Shown here: in pieces, positions 1-8,805 of the stretch
How the letters are laid out: each line of letters starts with the position of its first letter
How positions within the stretch are numbered: position 1 is the stretch's first letter
Source of the DNA: an uncultured virus (IMG/VR IMGVR_UViG_3300030104_006589)
Lineage: Duplodnaviria; Heunggongvirae; Uroviricota; Caudoviricetes
Length of the DNA stretch: 20,000 bases
IMG/VR virus record: IMGVR_UViG_3300030104_006589
Span: 107,010 to 127,009 of that record
Direction: 5' to 3' (one strand)
The notes under the pieces: generated by a model
Seen by the model: only the letters and a program-made list of their open reading frames with translations
Database searches by the model: none
What the model was told of the DNA's origin: nothing
Translations under genes and position numbers: made by a program

Positions 1-344
1 AGATCTACATCGGGTAATCCTGCTGTTTGTAGATAAATGGAAGGTGGCCCCCCCTGTAGCCTCTTGGCTTCCTTTTTTTCTTTAAAAGCTTTTATAATAT
101 ATTCTTTAACCTCTGACCGTGGTGCTGTTTTGCACCATTTTTTCATATTTCTTTTATTAATAAAGTCAGCAGCGAAATACTGATCGTATTTTTTAAACTC
201 GATCAGTTCTCCAGTTAGTTTGTCTTTCCTTGCATAATTATCCACATAGTAATCTCCAAGGAGTTTACCGTGTTTCTTTATGTGTGCGTGGAGACTTCTT
301 AATGAATCAAAAGACTCGCCACACTCTTTGCAATCATAAGACAT
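1..344 (-). CDS. C2H2 zinc-finger-containing protein, partial (runs off window start)
   Basis: Own translation from ATG at 344: MSYDCKECGESFDSLRSLHAHIKKH..., a CxxC-x12-HxxxH pattern. Open to the window edge and overlaps the stop of the upstream gene. Confidence 0.75.
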   Translation of the reverse strand, partial: MSYDCKECGESFDSLRSLHAHIKKHGKLLGDYYVDNYARKDKLTGELIEFKKYDQYFAADFINKRNMKKWCKTAPRSEVKEYIIKAFKEKKEAKRLQGGPPSIYLQTAGLPDVD

Positions 345-1383
345 CTTGCTGACCAATTCCTAAAACTCTTGCTTTCCATTCAGCCATTCCTTCTAATCTT
401 TCGGCTTCTTTCTTTACTGCCTCTTTTTGCATCTCTGCTATCCGTGCCATTGTCTTTCTTTCTTCTTCTTCTTGAAAAAGTTGAACAATAGATAAAAACG
501 AAGCATTTTCCTTCTGCATCTTCTTCATCCTCTCACCCCGATCACCTTGAAGCTTCTTAGTTAAGTTCTCGATGCGAGTTTCGCATTGATGATACTCAGA
601 ACTCTTAGCTTTGATAATTTCTGCCAAGCGAATAGACATTTCCTGCTGCTCATCAGCCTCATCAAACATATTATTTAATTTATTAAGGTGAGCACTAATA
701 ACCTCCAAATTAATTACCTCCTTGCACACATTTAAATACAAATTAATTTCATCCGCAGTCAAGTCAGGCTTATCCCACGTTAAACGTATAAACTCATGCT
801 CAAAGAGGACTCGATCCTCTTCGTTGAGATAATTGTTAATAATTTTTAGAAATCTAGAGTTCGACAGGTTAACCATAAGTTTTTCAACACAAACTTGTTT
901 TTGCCTGTTAAGCTTTGGTTCATCTAAGCCTAAACCTGTAGCATCATTGATTTTTTTGATGATTCTAGAGGGAGCCTTAGGTGAAATGTATGAACTCAAC
1001 GCCCCGCTGTCTTGTGATGGCAATATATCTGGATTAACAGAACGAATTTCAACCAGCACCGCTCTTTGCTCGGCACTAAGAGGGGAAACCCTGCGATCTG
1101 GAAAAATAATTCTAGCTATCTCTAGCGAGGACAGTCCCGTGTCGGCTTGTTGTAAAATAAATTCAGTTTGTTCCTGCGTGAACTCAATAGTCTCTGCTGG
1201 TGGACGACTTGTCGTTCTAAATTCTATAGCATTTTCTACTAAAAACTTTCTAACAGCCCTACCCTCTTTAGATCTTCCGTCTAAAGAATCGTCTTTAAAG
1301 CATTGCTTGGTTAAATCAATGAGGTTTGGAATTCTTGAGGCGTTTTCCCTTAAAAATTCTTTCTGTTCGTTACTCAGGTCCAT
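334..1383 (-). CDS. Hypothetical phage protein (349 aa) with C-terminal coiled coil
   Basis: Long ORF coupled to both neighbours; E/K/Q/M-rich helical C-terminus. Confidence 0.8.
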   Translation of the reverse strand: MDLSNEQKEFLRENASRIPNLIDLTKQCFKDDSLDGRSKEGRAVRKFLVENAIEFRTTSRPPAETIEFTQEQTEFILQQADTGLSSLEIARIIFPDRRVSPLSAEQRAVLVEIRSVNPDILPSQDSGALSSYISPKAPSRIIKKINDATGLGLDEPKLNRQKQVCVEKLMVNLSNSRFLKIINNYLNEEDRVLFEHEFIRLTWDKPDLTADEINLYLNVCKEVINLEVISAHLNKLNNMFDEADEQQEMSIRLAEIIKAKSSEYHQCETRIENLTKKLQGDRGERMKKMQKENASFLSIVQLFQEEEERKTMARIAEMQKEAVKKEAERLEGMAEWKARVLGIGQQDVL

Positions 1384-2044
1384 TTCCTATGATATCGTTG
1401 TCTTTTAGGATTTCTAAGGCTGTCTCTAGAAACTTTTTCTTTAGGTTCTTAACTTGACGGTAGCCAAGCTTTCTTTTTTGTGGGGATATTTTGTATCCCA
1501 TAAATTTCGCTACGTCCTCTTCAGTCTTATCTTCAAAATATAGCATCCGATAGGCAACATAGTGAGTTTCACTTAACTTTATCTCCATATAGAGATCCAA
1601 TCTCTTTAGAGAGCCATTGAAGTCAAAGTCTGTGTATTCCCTCCCCCTAACCTCTTTAACAAAGTCTTCTGTAGATAAAGGGATTTTTAATTCCAACCCC
1701 ATTTTCTTGGTCTTTTCCCATTTTGAACAAATTGGGCAGGTCGATGGATCATGATCAGCAAACTGATACTTTGGACAGGGGTTAACATAATTCCCGTAGT
1801 GATTCCTTATGAGGTTACGCATCTGGTTTGAGATGATGCGCCCTATCCATGGCTCAAGGGGTCTTTCTTGATCCCACATGTGCCATTTCTTAGCAATATG
1901 TAATTTTATAATCTGCTCTACATCTTCAAAGTCAAACCACCTAACTGCTCTTAACCTCCATTTATACTGCTGTTTTTTAATTGCAGCATCTATGATGTCA
2001 GAAAAATCTTCATAAGTATATTCACCTTTGTTTTTTCTTTTCAT
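1370..2044 (-). CDS. Phage-encoded sigma-70 family RNA polymerase sigma factor
   Basis: Region-2-like DFEDVEQIIKLHIAKKWHMWDQERPLEPWIGRIISNQMRNLIR and region-4-like HTH (LYFEDKTEEDVAKFMGY). Start could also be 2056. Confidence 0.7.
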   Translation of the reverse strand: MKRKNKGEYTYEDFSDIIDAAIKKQQYKWRLRAVRWFDFEDVEQIIKLHIAKKWHMWDQERPLEPWIGRIISNQMRNLIRNHYGNYVNPCPKYQFADHDPSTCPICSKWEKTKKMGLELKIPLSTEDFVKEVRGREYTDFDFNGSLKRLDLYMEIKLSETHYVAYRMLYFEDKTEEDVAKFMGYKISPQKRKLGYRQVKNLKKKFLETALEILKDNDIIGNGPE

Positions 2045-2357
2045 CAATAAATTCATTAACAGACAGAGTTTTACTCTTCTCTTTCGGAGAAGGTTCTGAC
2101 TCGCCTATTAGTGAACCTAAAGTAGTTGTTGTGTGTTCTATATCGTATTCAACTTGGAAGTTTGAAACATGAGGAACTGACTGTGCGTCAGTTTCATCAG
2201 AAGAAACAACTACAGATTTTTCTAGAGCAGGTAATTCTGCCGCAGTGTTGGTAGAAACAGATGCGTTTAACTGTTGACCGCACTTACCGCAAAAATTTGG
2301 TTTGGCGTGAGCGTATTCAATTTTGGTTCCGCAACTATGACAAAATAAGTGAGCCAT
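2022..2357 (-). CDS. Zinc-ribbon domain protein
   Basis: N-terminal FCHSCG...PNFCGKCG double CxxC. Confidence 0.8.
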   Translation of the reverse strand: MAHLFCHSCGTKIEYAHAKPNFCGKCGQQLNASVSTNTAAELPALEKSVVVSSDETDAQSVPHVSNFQVEYDIEHTTTTLGSLIGESEPSPKEKSKTLSVNEFIDEKKKQR

Positions 2358-2478
2358 CTTATATATTTATATGGTTTTAAATCGTTTTTTCAAAAATAAA
2401 CAAGGTCTAGTCCTATATATGGTAAAAAAGCTGTTCGCCGCTAGCGCGTTGACATATGCTCTTGTTTTACATATACTA

Positions 2479-3195
2479 TTACACTTTCTTATGAGTTTCT
2501 AATTTTGAAATAATAAATTTTAAGATTTTACTACGGACAATATCAGAACGGGTAAATTTAAAGGAATGAATTCCATTTTCTTCTGACTTCTCATCAGAGA
2601 ACAGATCGAACATTTCTGCAAATCCTGTTTTCCCATTAATATCGCTTTGCATAAAGTCTCCACAAATAATCAGCTTGCTATCTTCCCCTAAGCGGGTCAC
2701 TAGGGTGGTAAGCTCCTTGAAAGTAAAGTTTTGTGCTTCATCAGCCACAATTAATTTATTGCTCCAGTTCGCTCCTCTTAAAAAGTTTATAGGAACGGCA
2801 GAGATACGACCTTTCTGTTTCAAGAAGGCGGTGTCACCCTCGAAAACAATTTCCTCTAATTTGTCATATAGAGGCATCAAAAAGGGATTAAACTTCTCTG
2901 CCATATCTCCAGGCAAGCTACCTAATCCTTTATCCGCACTTTCTGCAATACTCCTTACATATAATAATTCTTTTTCAGTGTCTTCGGCCATTAGCCTTAG
3001 GCATCCATACAGAGACATGTATGTTTTACTTGATCCTGCTGGACCAGAAACGAAGAATATTTTAACTTCGGGGTCCAGAAGGGTTGACAAGAATCGCCGC
3101 TGACGAGCAGTGAACTTGAAGTCCCTCTGCTTGAATTTGATGGAGTGATGGAAGTGCGGCTCCAACTGTATATTAGACAATTTTTTAAGCGCCAT
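2479..3195 (-). CDS. phoH: PhoH family ATPase
   Basis: GPAGSSKT Walker A variant, LGSLPGD, FLRG, IVADEAQN, TRLGEDSKLIICGDFMQSD, DIVRS motifs. Confidence 0.95.
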   Translation of the reverse strand: MALKKLSNIQLEPHFHHSIKFKQRDFKFTARQRRFLSTLLDPEVKIFFVSGPAGSSKTYMSLYGCLRLMAEDTEKELLYVRSIAESADKGLGSLPGDMAEKFNPFLMPLYDKLEEIVFEGDTAFLKQKGRISAVPINFLRGANWSNKLIVADEAQNFTFKELTTLVTRLGEDSKLIICGDFMQSDINGKTGFAEMFDLFSDEKSEENGIHSFKFTRSDIVRSKILKFIISKLETHKKV

Positions 3196-3219
3196 ACTAC
3201 ATAGTATGTTACACTTAAA

Positions 3220-4068
3220 TCAAAGTTTAATCTGTTTTATTGTTGCACTTGTTTCAACAACGCCTCCTTCTTGTGCCGAGTAAGTTTGCGTTAGAACTGT
3301 AGAACCCTGATTAAAATTGATCATGCTGCCAACATTATCAAAAGGAGTAGTGCTACCGACCCCCACAAGGTGAACAGTAAGGTCATTGTTTAATTTGTTT
3401 CCACTATAATCAATAAGTTTATTAAGCCCTGTAGAAGTAATTGTTAACTCTTGCTCCACTCCATCTAGCAACATCTTAGAGGCGTTAATCGAACCAAGTT
3501 CAAAAGTCGGAGTTCTGTCGTATTTTCTGCTAAAAGACATTTTAGCATTTGTGGCGTTTAGGACTCCTGCATTATCAGTAATATTAGCAGTATGACCGTA
3601 TGCTACATCATCTCTATCCAAGGGAATTGTAGATCCCCCGTAAGGATTTGTATCTCCTGTAATTTGCCCACCCGTGGCAGGTTCTAAAGAAACAAAATCA
3701 GCTTGAAGGGTTACAGGAGCAAATGGCTCAATATTGACACCAACATTACTCGCATAACACTTTTTATAATCTCCACTTCCTACTCTTATGCATACAAAGT
3801 TATCTTGGTTAGCATCTAGTAAAAATCGAAAAGCATCCACTTGACCCGACTCCAGAATACAAGAAACAGATATACTTGCGCTCAGTGGACCCGAAAATTT
3901 AAATTGATCAGTAATAGCAACATTTTTGCCGAGATTTCTTTTGGGAGCGGTAGCGGTGTTGTAATTTACGTTTACATTGGTCGCGGTAACGTAATCTTGA
4001 GATTCATTAACTGATGAAGCCCCAACCGCACTAATGTAAACAGGAAATTCGCTATAAGGTAGACTCAT
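3220..4068 (-). CDS. Hypothetical protein, beta-rich, possibly virion structural
   Basis: 282 aa ORF rich in S/T/N/G/V; structural role is inference from composition only. Confidence 0.7.
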   Translation of the reverse strand: MSLPYSEFPVYISAVGASSVNESQDYVTATNVNVNYNTATAPKRNLGKNVAITDQFKFSGPLSASISVSCILESGQVDAFRFLLDANQDNFVCIRVGSGDYKKCYASNVGVNIEPFAPVTLQADFVSLEPATGGQITGDTNPYGGSTIPLDRDDVAYGHTANITDNAGVLNATNAKMSFSRKYDRTPTFELGSINASKMLLDGVEQELTITSTGLNKLIDYSGNKLNNDLTVHLVGVGSTTPFDNVGSMINFNQGSTVLTQTYSAQEGGVVETSATIKQIKL

Positions 4069-4088
4069 TTGTTATTGTTACACCTGTT

Positions 4089-4250
4089 TCACTGGTTACC
4101 TACTACCATAAGGCCAAAATTAGCTGTAGCGTAAGAAATCCAGACTATCCCCCAGCCATAATCTTTTTTCATGAAATATGCGGCCCCCACTACTGCATAC
4201 ATGATGCCCGCAATCAAAGGCACATACTTTGTTATATCATCAAGAGTCAT
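4089..4250 (-). CDS. Small membrane protein (two TM segments)
   Basis: MTLDDITKYVPLIAGIMYAVVGAAYF...WGIVWISYATANFGLMVVG; two hydrophobic helices. Confidence 0.7.
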   Translation of the reverse strand: MTLDDITKYVPLIAGIMYAVVGAAYFMKKDYGWGIVWISYATANFGLMVVGNQ

Positions 4251-5496
4251 GAGTTTTAAATCTTTCGGGATAGAGACCCTCAAGTTTCTGGTAATGTAAC
4301 TTTACTTCATTTAAATCAAGATCACGACTATCCCTGCCCATATTCTCTTTAGCGCAGAGAGGTCTTAAATTACTCCAGTGATTAGGTCCAATCTGCTCAT
4401 CACCTTCGGCTCCTTTAATATAAAAAGGATTAATATGTTTATACTCCTCCCACAAACAAAGAGGAATAAGGTGATCTATATGCCATGCGCCTTCATGATC
4501 TAGATTTGAACCAGCACCATAATTCTTTTCATTCATCCAATCTTCTGACAAATCTTCAAGAAGCTCTACAAGTTGTTTACTAGTAACTTGCGTCCTTTTG
4601 TTCCATAACGATGGGCTTTTTCCCCCAAAAGCAGTTCGTATGTAATGTTTTAATCTATTTCGTATTCTTCTGGCATAGATGTATCTAGGATTTTTTTCTA
4701 ACTCTCTTCTTCTTTTTTTTGCTTCGGGGCTTTTAGCCCTAGCAAGGCAATACTCCTTATTTTCTACATAATATTTCTTAGCTCTTGCCCTTTCGCAATC
4801 TAAACACTCCCATGAATTACCCTGCTTATTGTCTCTGAAATCATCCCAGTTTTTAACTAATCCACACCTTACACAACATCTTTTCTTTTCAATTAAATGG
4901 TTTCCAAATCTAGGTTCTCCATTCTCTGCAAATCTAACCCAACCTTCTTTATGTAATTCATTTAACCTCTCTTCGCTTAACTCATGTTTCTTATTTCCCA
5001 TATAAGATATCTGCCTAACTCCATTAATCATGTCTTGCGGGAGTTTAAGTAAAGCTTCAAAATCTTTCCTTAAGATAAATATAGTTTTTTGTAAATGGAG
5101 CTTCATTCCATCAGGAACACCCATTTCAAACAAAAAATTCCCATTTCTAATTTTTATCCAATCTTTCCCCTTTTTTGCCCTATCTTTCCCTTTTAAAGTG
5201 GTGTTTACAATGCCTTTCTCGGCAAGAATGTCCACCACTTGGTGCATATTTAAAATTTCATCTCTTTTTAATTTGCAGGTATTCCAAAATTCTTGCTCAA
5301 AGTCTTTTGCATATAGCTCTATAGAAACGTGATAAATGAGGCCGTTCCGATGCATCAAGCTTTCGGGCTTATAACAGTCTTCGCAAATGTCTCTATTTAT
5401 CTTAAAATTTTGCTCAAACCAAACACCTTCTTGGATCTTCTGTTTGATCAAGAAGCTTTTTCTTTTTTTGTTTTCCCCACATATTATACAACTCAT
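4240..5496 (-). CDS. HNH endonuclease-like protein (putative homing endonuclease)
   Basis: C-terminal WHIDHLIPL...NHWSNLRPLCAKEN HNH motif; CVRC...CLDC zinc ribbon followed by a basic helix. Confidence 0.8.
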   Translation of the reverse strand: MSCIICGENKKRKSFLIKQKIQEGVWFEQNFKINRDICEDCYKPESLMHRNGLIYHVSIELYAKDFEQEFWNTCKLKRDEILNMHQVVDILAEKGIVNTTLKGKDRAKKGKDWIKIRNGNFLFEMGVPDGMKLHLQKTIFILRKDFEALLKLPQDMINGVRQISYMGNKKHELSEERLNELHKEGWVRFAENGEPRFGNHLIEKKRCCVRCGLVKNWDDFRDNKQGNSWECLDCERARAKKYYVENKEYCLARAKSPEAKKRRRELEKNPRYIYARRIRNRLKHYIRTAFGGKSPSLWNKRTQVTSKQLVELLEDLSEDWMNEKNYGAGSNLDHEGAWHIDHLIPLCLWEEYKHINPFYIKGAEGDEQIGPNHWSNLRPLCAKENMGRDSRDLDLNEVKLHYQKLEGLYPERFKTHDS

Positions 5497-5751
5497 CCGT
5501 TTATTTTTGGGGCATTGGATATTTTTTCAATTTTGTTTATGAGAATTTTTTTGCTTATCTGAGGAATGAGAAATAGGAGGGGGTGTGCTGTAGCATTTAC
5601 GTTTAACGGTTCACAAGAACGTCATTGACAGATTGATAAATACCTCCCCCCGCCGCATTAACGCGAAAAACCGCTAAAAATTTTTGAGAAATAGGGGGGC
5701 TTGTCAAGTGTTTTTTTTACAGAAAAAAAATGTTTTTTTTGTTTTTTTTAC

Positions 5752-5780
5752 TTGCTTTTTCTGTGAAAGTATGTTATAGT
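5752..5780 (+). promoter_or_regulatory. sigma70 promoter (leaderless)
   Basis: TTGCTT-17-TATAGT with extended TG; ATG 6 nt after the -10 box. Confidence 0.75.
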
Positions 5781-5786
5781 TACTAC

Positions 5787-5987
5787 ATGAAAATTACAGA
5801 AGATCAAATCAACAAGTTCGTAGAAGATAATGACATGATGCCGCTTGGCGGCGATATGTTCGAAGATGCTGGCGGTCATGTCTGGCATGAAGCCAACATC
5901 ATGGACGAGATCGAAAGATCTCAGCCTCTTAATAACCTTTTCGGTGATGTCGCGGGTGCGCTTAATAAGCTCACCATAATAAAGTGA
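5787..5987 (+). CDS. Hypothetical protein (66 aa)
   Basis: MKITEDQINKF...; start reassigned to the leaderless ATG. Confidence 0.75.
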   Translation: MKITEDQINKFVEDNDMMPLGGDMFEDAGGHVWHEANIMDEIERSQPLNNLFGDVAGALNKLTIIK

Positions 5988-5996
5988 AATAAAATC

Positions 5997-6025
5997 TTGC
6001 ATTAAATCAAAATCTAGACTATAGT
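5997..6025 (+). promoter_or_regulatory. sigma70 promoter (leaderless)
   Basis: TTGCAT-17-TATAGT, ATG 6 nt downstream. Confidence 0.75.
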
Positions 6026-6031
6026 TACATC

Positions 6032-6238
6032 ATGACTGACAGCGAAAAGATCACCAAACTAATCGAAGCAAATTCAAGACTACGCGGAGAAATCTGCGGG
6101 GTATCGGGGCAAGTCTCTGGTATGTCAATGTGGTGCAACGATGCCGAGGCATCCGTATGGCTCAAGAAGGTTGAGGGCAGACTAGACGAAGCTCTCAAGC
6201 AAGACGACAAGGCGGTTTCTAAAATCATCTTCGGATAA
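6032..6238 (+). CDS. Hypothetical coiled-coil protein, paralog of 8559..8756
   Basis: Shared GVSG..S....W and (K/R)(V/I)E..LDEA motifs. Confidence 0.75.
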   Translation: MTDSEKITKLIEANSRLRGEICGVSGQVSGMSMWCNDAEASVWLKKVEGRLDEALKQDDKAVSKIIFG

Positions 6239-6256
6239 AATAAATCAAAATAATCC

Positions 6257-6284
6257 TTGCGTTTAACTCAATAACTGGTATACT
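6257..6284 (+). promoter_or_regulatory. sigma70 promoter (leaderless)
   Basis: TTGCGT-16-TATACT with extended TG, ATG 6 nt downstream. Confidence 0.75.
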
Positions 6285-6290
6285 ACTAAC

Positions 6291-6524
6291 ATGATAAAGC
6301 AATTCAAGAATGACAATGGCGAGATCGTTGACTGCGAAGAGATCGCTACCTGTTACCCATCTCATGCATGGTGGGAACTTAACAAGAAGCAACGCCAAGA
6401 AGCTGCCGACAAGAACAACAACGGCGAACTCGGCAAGAAGGGACGTTTCTACAACTCAACTAATGGAGTTGAGAAGTGGGTAGACACCGAGGCAAGGGTA
6501 TGGTGGTCTGAGGACTGCCGATAA
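6291..6524 (+). CDS. Hypothetical protein (77 aa)
   Basis: ORF directly after promoter. Confidence 0.75.
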   Translation: MIKQFKNDNGEIVDCEEIATCYPSHAWWELNKKQRQEAADKNNNGELGKKGRFYNSTNGVEKWVDTEARVWWSEDCR

Positions 6525-6563
6525 TAATCTAACAAAACAAAAAAACAAACTACTACCATCATC

Positions 6564-6806
6564 ATGAAATCATTCCTTAAATCATACATTGCACACACAC
6601 AACTTTCTTTACTGCTTTGCAGTATACTAAACCTTTCGCTTGTAGTCATAGCTATCTGGCTAGGACAAGGCGAGGCACTAGCTAACAGCATACGAGGCTG
6701 GCACGGTGGCGATGTTCTAACTGTTATGTTTGGGCTTCCGTTAGTGTGGGGCTTCATTAGTGCAGTGTTAGACACAGGCATCAATATCTTTCATCAGAAA
6801 TTCTAA
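6564..6806 (+). CDS. Small membrane protein
   Basis: Two hydrophobic segments. Confidence 0.65.
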   Translation: MKSFLKSYIAHTQLSLLLCSILNLSLVVIAIWLGQGEALANSIRGWHGGDVLTVMFGLPLVWGFISAVLDTGINIFHQKF

Positions 6807-6819
6807 CAAAACAACAACC

Positions 6820-6939
6820 ATGGACAAGCGAGCACAATCCAAACACCGCAAGCAACTGAAGCGCAACCGCAAGAATAAAATCATTCGGATGCAGAAGGTT
6901 GCCGAGAAGCGCAGAGAAAAACTTCAAAAAACAACTTGA
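6820..6939 (+). CDS. Very basic small protein (39 aa)
   Basis: Own translation MDKRAQSKHRKQLKRNRKNKIIRMQKVAEKRREKLQKTT. Confidence 0.55.
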   Translation: MDKRAQSKHRKQLKRNRKNKIIRMQKVAEKRREKLQKTT

Positions 6940-6972
6940 CAGGTAGTAGAGTTAAGAGTAAGTAAAAACCCT

Positions 6973-7052
6973 CGTAACTCGTTGGTCATCAACGAGTTAC
7001 GCAGGGCGGGCGATCCCGCGCTCCGTAAGTCGTTAACAGTCAACGAGTTACA
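6973..7052. repeat. Double-palindrome element copy 1
   Basis: CGTAACTCGTTG-GTCAT-CAACGAGTTACG + 22 bp GC spacer + CGTAAGTCGTTA-ACAGT-CAACGAGTTACA. Confidence 0.95.
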
Positions 7053-7098
7053 CAGCTTAACACGCAGAAAAAAAATACAATAAAAACACAAAAAGAAC

Positions 7099-7127
7099 TT
7101 GACTTTTATCTCAGCCTGTGGTATAGT
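7099..7127 (+). promoter_or_regulatory. sigma70 promoter (leaderless)
   Basis: TTGACT-17-TATAGT with TGTG extension, ATG 5 nt downstream. Confidence 0.8.
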
Positions 7128-7132
7128 TAGCC

Positions 7133-7360
7133 ATGCTTACTTCATATGACCTTTGTGTTTCCGCTGTCCGTTTCATCCGCTTCGACGTTTCTAAGGCTCA
7201 TCGCTACGCGATGCTTGTCGATGCCTTCGATGGCGTTGCTGATGTCGATAATCACACCATTCAAAAGGTGTTGTTGTTGGCATACGATGCCCGCGATGCG
7301 GGTGACGACATCCGCGACTTTCGCGGCACTTGCGAGTTCATCCACAGGATGGCTTGCTAA
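7133..7360 (+). CDS. Hypothetical protein, paralog of 8806..9120
   Basis: DIRDFRGTCEFI vs DIHDFRGVCENI. Confidence 0.75.
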   Translation: MLTSYDLCVSAVRFIRFDVSKAHRYAMLVDAFDGVADVDNHTIQKVLLLAYDARDAGDDIRDFRGTCEFIHRMAC

Positions 7361-7383
7361 GTGAAAAAAAACGAAAATAAATC

Positions 7384-7411
7384 TTGCTTTTATCTCAAAT
7401 TCGACTATACT
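7384..7411 (+). promoter_or_regulatory. sigma70 promoter (leaderless)
   Basis: TTGCTT-16-TATACT, ATG 6 nt downstream. Confidence 0.7.
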
Positions 7412-7417
7412 ACTACT

Positions 7418-7711
7418 ATGACAAATCAGGAAGCTTACAACCACGGTTACAACGGCACTCTCACCCTCGACGAGCTTATGGCTCAGTTTGAGGCTCCCGC
7501 CTGTCACGCATACGATGAGCCGCCGCAGTTCTCTGCGTGGCGGTCAGGGGCGCAGGATGCCGCATATGATGCGGAGTCTGATGCCACCGAGTGCGACATG
7601 GAGCCTGATGACTTCATGACTGACGGCGAGGCTGATGCCGATGCCCTCGCCTCCGCTGGCTATGGCACGGATGAGGATTATGGCTTCTATGGCGACGAGT
7701 GTTTCGCGTAA
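7418..7711 (+). CDS. Highly acidic protein (97 aa)
   Basis: 24 D/E, 1 R, 0 K; C-terminal ADALASAGYGTDEDYG. Confidence 0.75.
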   Translation: MTNQEAYNHGYNGTLTLDELMAQFEAPACHAYDEPPQFSAWRSGAQDAAYDAESDATECDMEPDDFMTDGEADADALASAGYGTDEDYGFYGDECFA

Positions 7712-7718
7712 GAAGCGC

Positions 7719-7798
7719 CGTAACTACCTAAGCCTCAACAAGTTACGGAGCGCGGGCCAGCCCGCCCCGCGTAAGTCGTTGACACTCAACAGGTTACG
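7719..7798. repeat. Double-palindrome element copy 2
   Basis: Palindromes 7719-7747 and 7770-7798, 22 bp spacer. Confidence 0.95.
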
Positions 7799-7878
7799 CA
7801 AGTTCTTACAAAAAACCTTGTCAAGTAAAAAGTGAAAAAAAATCACAATAAAAAAAGAAAAAAAAAGATAAAAAGCCC

Positions 7879-7907
7879 TTGACTTTTGTTTGATTGTGTG
7901 GTATAGT
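7879..7907 (+). promoter_or_regulatory. sigma70 promoter (leaderless)
   Basis: A-tracts, TTGACT-17-TATAGT, ATG 6 nt downstream. Confidence 0.8.
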
Positions 7908-7913
7908 TACCAC

Positions 7914-8183
7914 ATGAAAATGATTAACTTTCCTACTCTTATCGCTGATGCCCTTCGTAACGCTCCACGCTACGCGCATGAGGATGCCCCTCTGTTGGTC
8001 GCTCAACTTGTGCGCGACTTCCCTATCATTCGCCCCGATGTAGTCGAAGAGGTTGTGAGCATGGCTTGCGACATGATCGGCAACTCTAACTTTCGGGCTA
8101 ACCTTGAGCTTGAGCGCAACCCCGATGTGATGAGCATCATGCACATCTGCATGATAAAGCACAACGGTAGCGTTGAGTGCTAA
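7914..8183 (+). CDS. Hypothetical protein (89 aa)
   Basis: MKMINFPTLIADALR...; leaderless start. Confidence 0.7.
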   Translation: MKMINFPTLIADALRNAPRYAHEDAPLLVAQLVRDFPIIRPDVVEEVVSMACDMIGNSNFRANLELERNPDVMSIMHICMIKHNGSVEC

Positions 8184-8210
8184 AAAAAGAAAAATAAATC
8201 ATCTTTTCTC

Positions 8211-8239
8211 TTTACTTTACCCTAAATCTATCGTATACT
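8211..8239 (+). promoter_or_regulatory. sigma70 promoter (leaderless)
   Basis: TTTACT-17-TATACT, ATG 6 nt downstream. Confidence 0.7.
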
Positions 8240-8245
8240 ACCAGC

Positions 8246-8497
8246 ATGACAGTTAAGAAAGACCGCCCCTACTACGTTATCCTTACAGGTGAGATCGCCA
8301 AGCCCGTTGTGTTTGGTGGTAGCCACAACCTGCGTTTTAGCGAGCGCATAATGAAAAACCCGCTCGCCTTCCCCAAGGGAGCATGGAAGACCATGATCAC
8401 TTTCCCTAACGAGGAAGCCGCTTATGCATCAGAGTATAAGCAGGGTCTTGAGATCGCAAACGGTCGCTTTGAATGGCGACCTCTCAGCAGGGGATAA
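8246..8497 (+). CDS. Hypothetical protein (83 aa)
   Basis: ORF after promoter; begins MTVKK like 8806. Confidence 0.75.
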   Translation: MTVKKDRPYYVILTGEIAKPVVFGGSHNLRFSERIMKNPLAFPKGAWKTMITFPNEEAAYASEYKQGLEIANGRFEWRPLSRG

Positions 8498-8523
8498 AAA
8501 AAGAAAAAAAAGCATCTTTTCTC

Positions 8524-8552
8524 TTGCAATAATTCAAATCATAGAGTATAGT
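8524..8552 (+). promoter_or_regulatory. sigma70 promoter (leaderless)
   Basis: TTGCAA-17-TATAGT, ATG 6 nt downstream. Confidence 0.75.
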
Positions 8553-8558
8553 TACATC

Positions 8559-8756
8559 ATGACAGAACAAGAACAAATCGACCAACTCAAAGACCAAATC
8601 TTTAAACTCCAAATGGTAATGAAAGGAGTTTCAGGCATCGCCTCCGCAGGTGCTTCATGGCAGGAAACCTCTGGCTTTAACAAGCAGACCTTCAAAAGAA
8701 TCGAGAGCCAACTTGATGAAGCAGTCGAGGAAATCAACATGACCCCGACCCCATAA
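8559..8756 (+). CDS. Hypothetical coiled-coil protein (65 aa), paralog of 6032..6238
   Basis: MTEQEQIDQLKDQIFKLQMVMKGVSGIASAGASW...KRIESQLDEAV. Confidence 0.75.
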   Translation: MTEQEQIDQLKDQIFKLQMVMKGVSGIASAGASWQETSGFNKQTFKRIESQLDEAVEEINMTPTP

Positions 8757-8771
8757 AACCAAAAATAAATC

Positions 8772-8799
8772 TTGCGTTTATCTCAATCTCTACTATACT
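8772..8799 (+). promoter_or_regulatory. sigma70 promoter (leaderless)
   Basis: TTGCGT-16-TATACT, ATG 6 nt downstream. Confidence 0.7.
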
Positions 8800-8805
8800 A
8801 AAATC

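Noticed and set aside
833..1408. Plus-strand ORFs 833..1408, 2675..3103, 5030..5332, 5329..5562, 16597..17106
   Set aside because: Antisense to well-supported genes, with no recognisable motifs.
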